Below, piece after piece: positions 62,501-64,000 of a stretch of DNA of 64,000 nucleotides. The stretch is from Piromyces finnis finn (lineage: Eukaryota; Fungi; Neocallimastigomycota): positions 151,785 to 215,784 of the forward strand of contig MCFH01000078.1 of assembly GCA_002104945.1 (NCBI GenBank), read 5' to 3'. The translations under genes were made by a program, and so were the position numbers. The notes under the pieces were generated by a model. The model was not told the origin of the DNA, searched no databases, and was given only the letters and a program-made list of their open reading frames with translations. The stretch's first letter is position 1, and every line of letters starts with the position of its first letter.

Positions 62501-64000
62501 AGAGTTAATGAATGGGCACTGTATAATGAAATGGAATTTGGTATCCAGAAATGTTCAACGATGGTGATTCGTCCTGAATCAATAGAAAATCAGAACAAGA
62601 GAGATCCAACATTTTACTTAGCAGGACAACCCATTCCAACTACTGATTGCTATACTTATCTTGGTGTTCCATTTGATAAGAATCTGTCCCTTAAACCAGT
62701 AATTAAAGCTCTTAATAACAAGGTTTTGAAAGGACTTTTCTCAGTCAGTAAATTCTTAAGAAATCCTAATATTCCTATTCCTTTCAAAAAACTAGTACTT
62801 AACTCACAAGTGATTAGCAGAGTTTCATACTTTGCACCATTACTTGGATCCAACAAAGCTAGGTCTAGGATTGCTCAGAAGCATGTTAACAAAGGAATAC
62901 GATGGATTGCCGGAGTTCATAAAGCCGTATCGTTTATATCTTTATACTCTATCTCAAAAGATTTGAATATTCCTCCATTGTCAGCCAAATGTGCTTTAGC
63001 TCAGGTTAGATGTTTTAACAAATGGAAAAACTCAAGTTGTATTATCTCACACCTTGTCAATTACATTCCTAAATTTAGAAAATACACGTGGTGCAAATCA
63101 AGTAGGACACTTGATAAAAAATTAAAGAAACATGGAGATGTTAAAGCAGTTAAAAACTTTTATTGGAAAGATCTCAAAGGGAATTCAATCAAAGCGCAAT
63201 ATTATGATGATAATAAATTTATTGAAACTAAAGATTTTATTAAATTATGTTATGAGTACCCAGAGTTTGCCTATGGTTTCTACTGGCTATTGAAAGCAAG
63301 AAGCGGATACAAGTTGGATGCTAGAGTTGCCAAAGCTGCTAAATTTGTTGATCCAGTTTGTCCTAACTACTGTCCATGTTGCAAGTGTGGTGTTCAAAGT
63401 ATTAAACATTGGTTATTAGATTGTCCAACATTTAGAGATATCCGAATTAAACATTATGATTCTATAGTCCAGCTACTAAATTTTTTCAGTCAACGTAATT
63501 CCAACAGTCCTATCAATAATAATGAAATTGATAATGTCAGCAGAGATAGCAATAACAGTAATAGTAATAGTAACAATAATAATAATAACAATAGTAATAA
63601 TAACAATAGTAGTAATAGTAATAATAGAAATAGTAATAATAACAATAGTAGTAATAGAAATAATAATATTAGTAATGATAGCAATAGTGATGATAATAAT
63701 TCTAATTTAGATAGTAATTTAGTTAATGATAGTAATAGTTCTAATAATCCGGTGAATATTAATGTGTATGATTATTCTAGTGTGTGCAGTAAAATATTTA
63801 AATTCCTTCTTGGGGGAAGAAGTTTTAACAATATTAATTACAATTCAAGGGAATGGAAAGAACTTTGTAAGCGTCAGATTCAATCTGATACTAACGAAGG
63901 AACACCATTCTTGACGGTAACCGCGGAACTTCTAACCAAAATCATGCCTTTTGCTATTGGCCAGCAATGGTCAATGTTCAAAAGGTTTGAAGCAACATCC
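59543..64000 (+). mobile_element. Apparently intact non-LTR retrotransposon (LINE) with one ORF >=1,486 aa: N-terminal region, APE endonuclease, reverse transcriptase, CCHC finger; runs off the window
   Basis: Translated codon by codon from ATG 59543 to 64000 with no stop. APE motifs LSWNTNG, FQET, NVYMP, LVGDFN, IDHAL, SDH (~60263-60910). RT motifs KASGPDGI, IPKKGD...NYRGISL, QFGFR, FLDLRKAYDSV, GVRQGCPLSPILF, FADD (62441-62452), YTYLG. CPCCKC..HWLLDC (63371-63424). Confidence 0.96.

Overview
Extremely AT-rich, intron-rich eukaryotic DNA. The gene content (bacterial-type pyruvate formate-lyase, scaffoldin-type Cys-rich giant protein) points to an anaerobic gut fungus (Neocallimastigomycota). 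In order: the 3' part of a THADA/Trm732 gene; an F-box/LRR gene; simple repeats; an intronless PFL whose N-terminus carries a PTS2-like nonapeptide; decayed LINE pieces around an expanded (AAT)n tract; a frameshifted scaffoldin-repeat pseudogene; a 16.5-kb minus-strand gene that hand-splices (all phase-1 introns, three 3-nt GAG micro-exon candidates) into a ~4,845-aa protein of signal peptide + transglutaminase-like domain + scaffoldin-type repeats + GPI/TM tail; a ~2,190-aa charged low-complexity protein; a bacterial-type alpha/beta hydrolase with 5 introns; IMPACT/Yih1; a secreted acidic protein with a repeated single-Cys motif; a hairpin-rich tandem array; and an uninterrupted single-ORF APE-RT LINE running off the window end (absent from the ORF track). 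All assignments come from manual translation and motif recognition; no searches were run.
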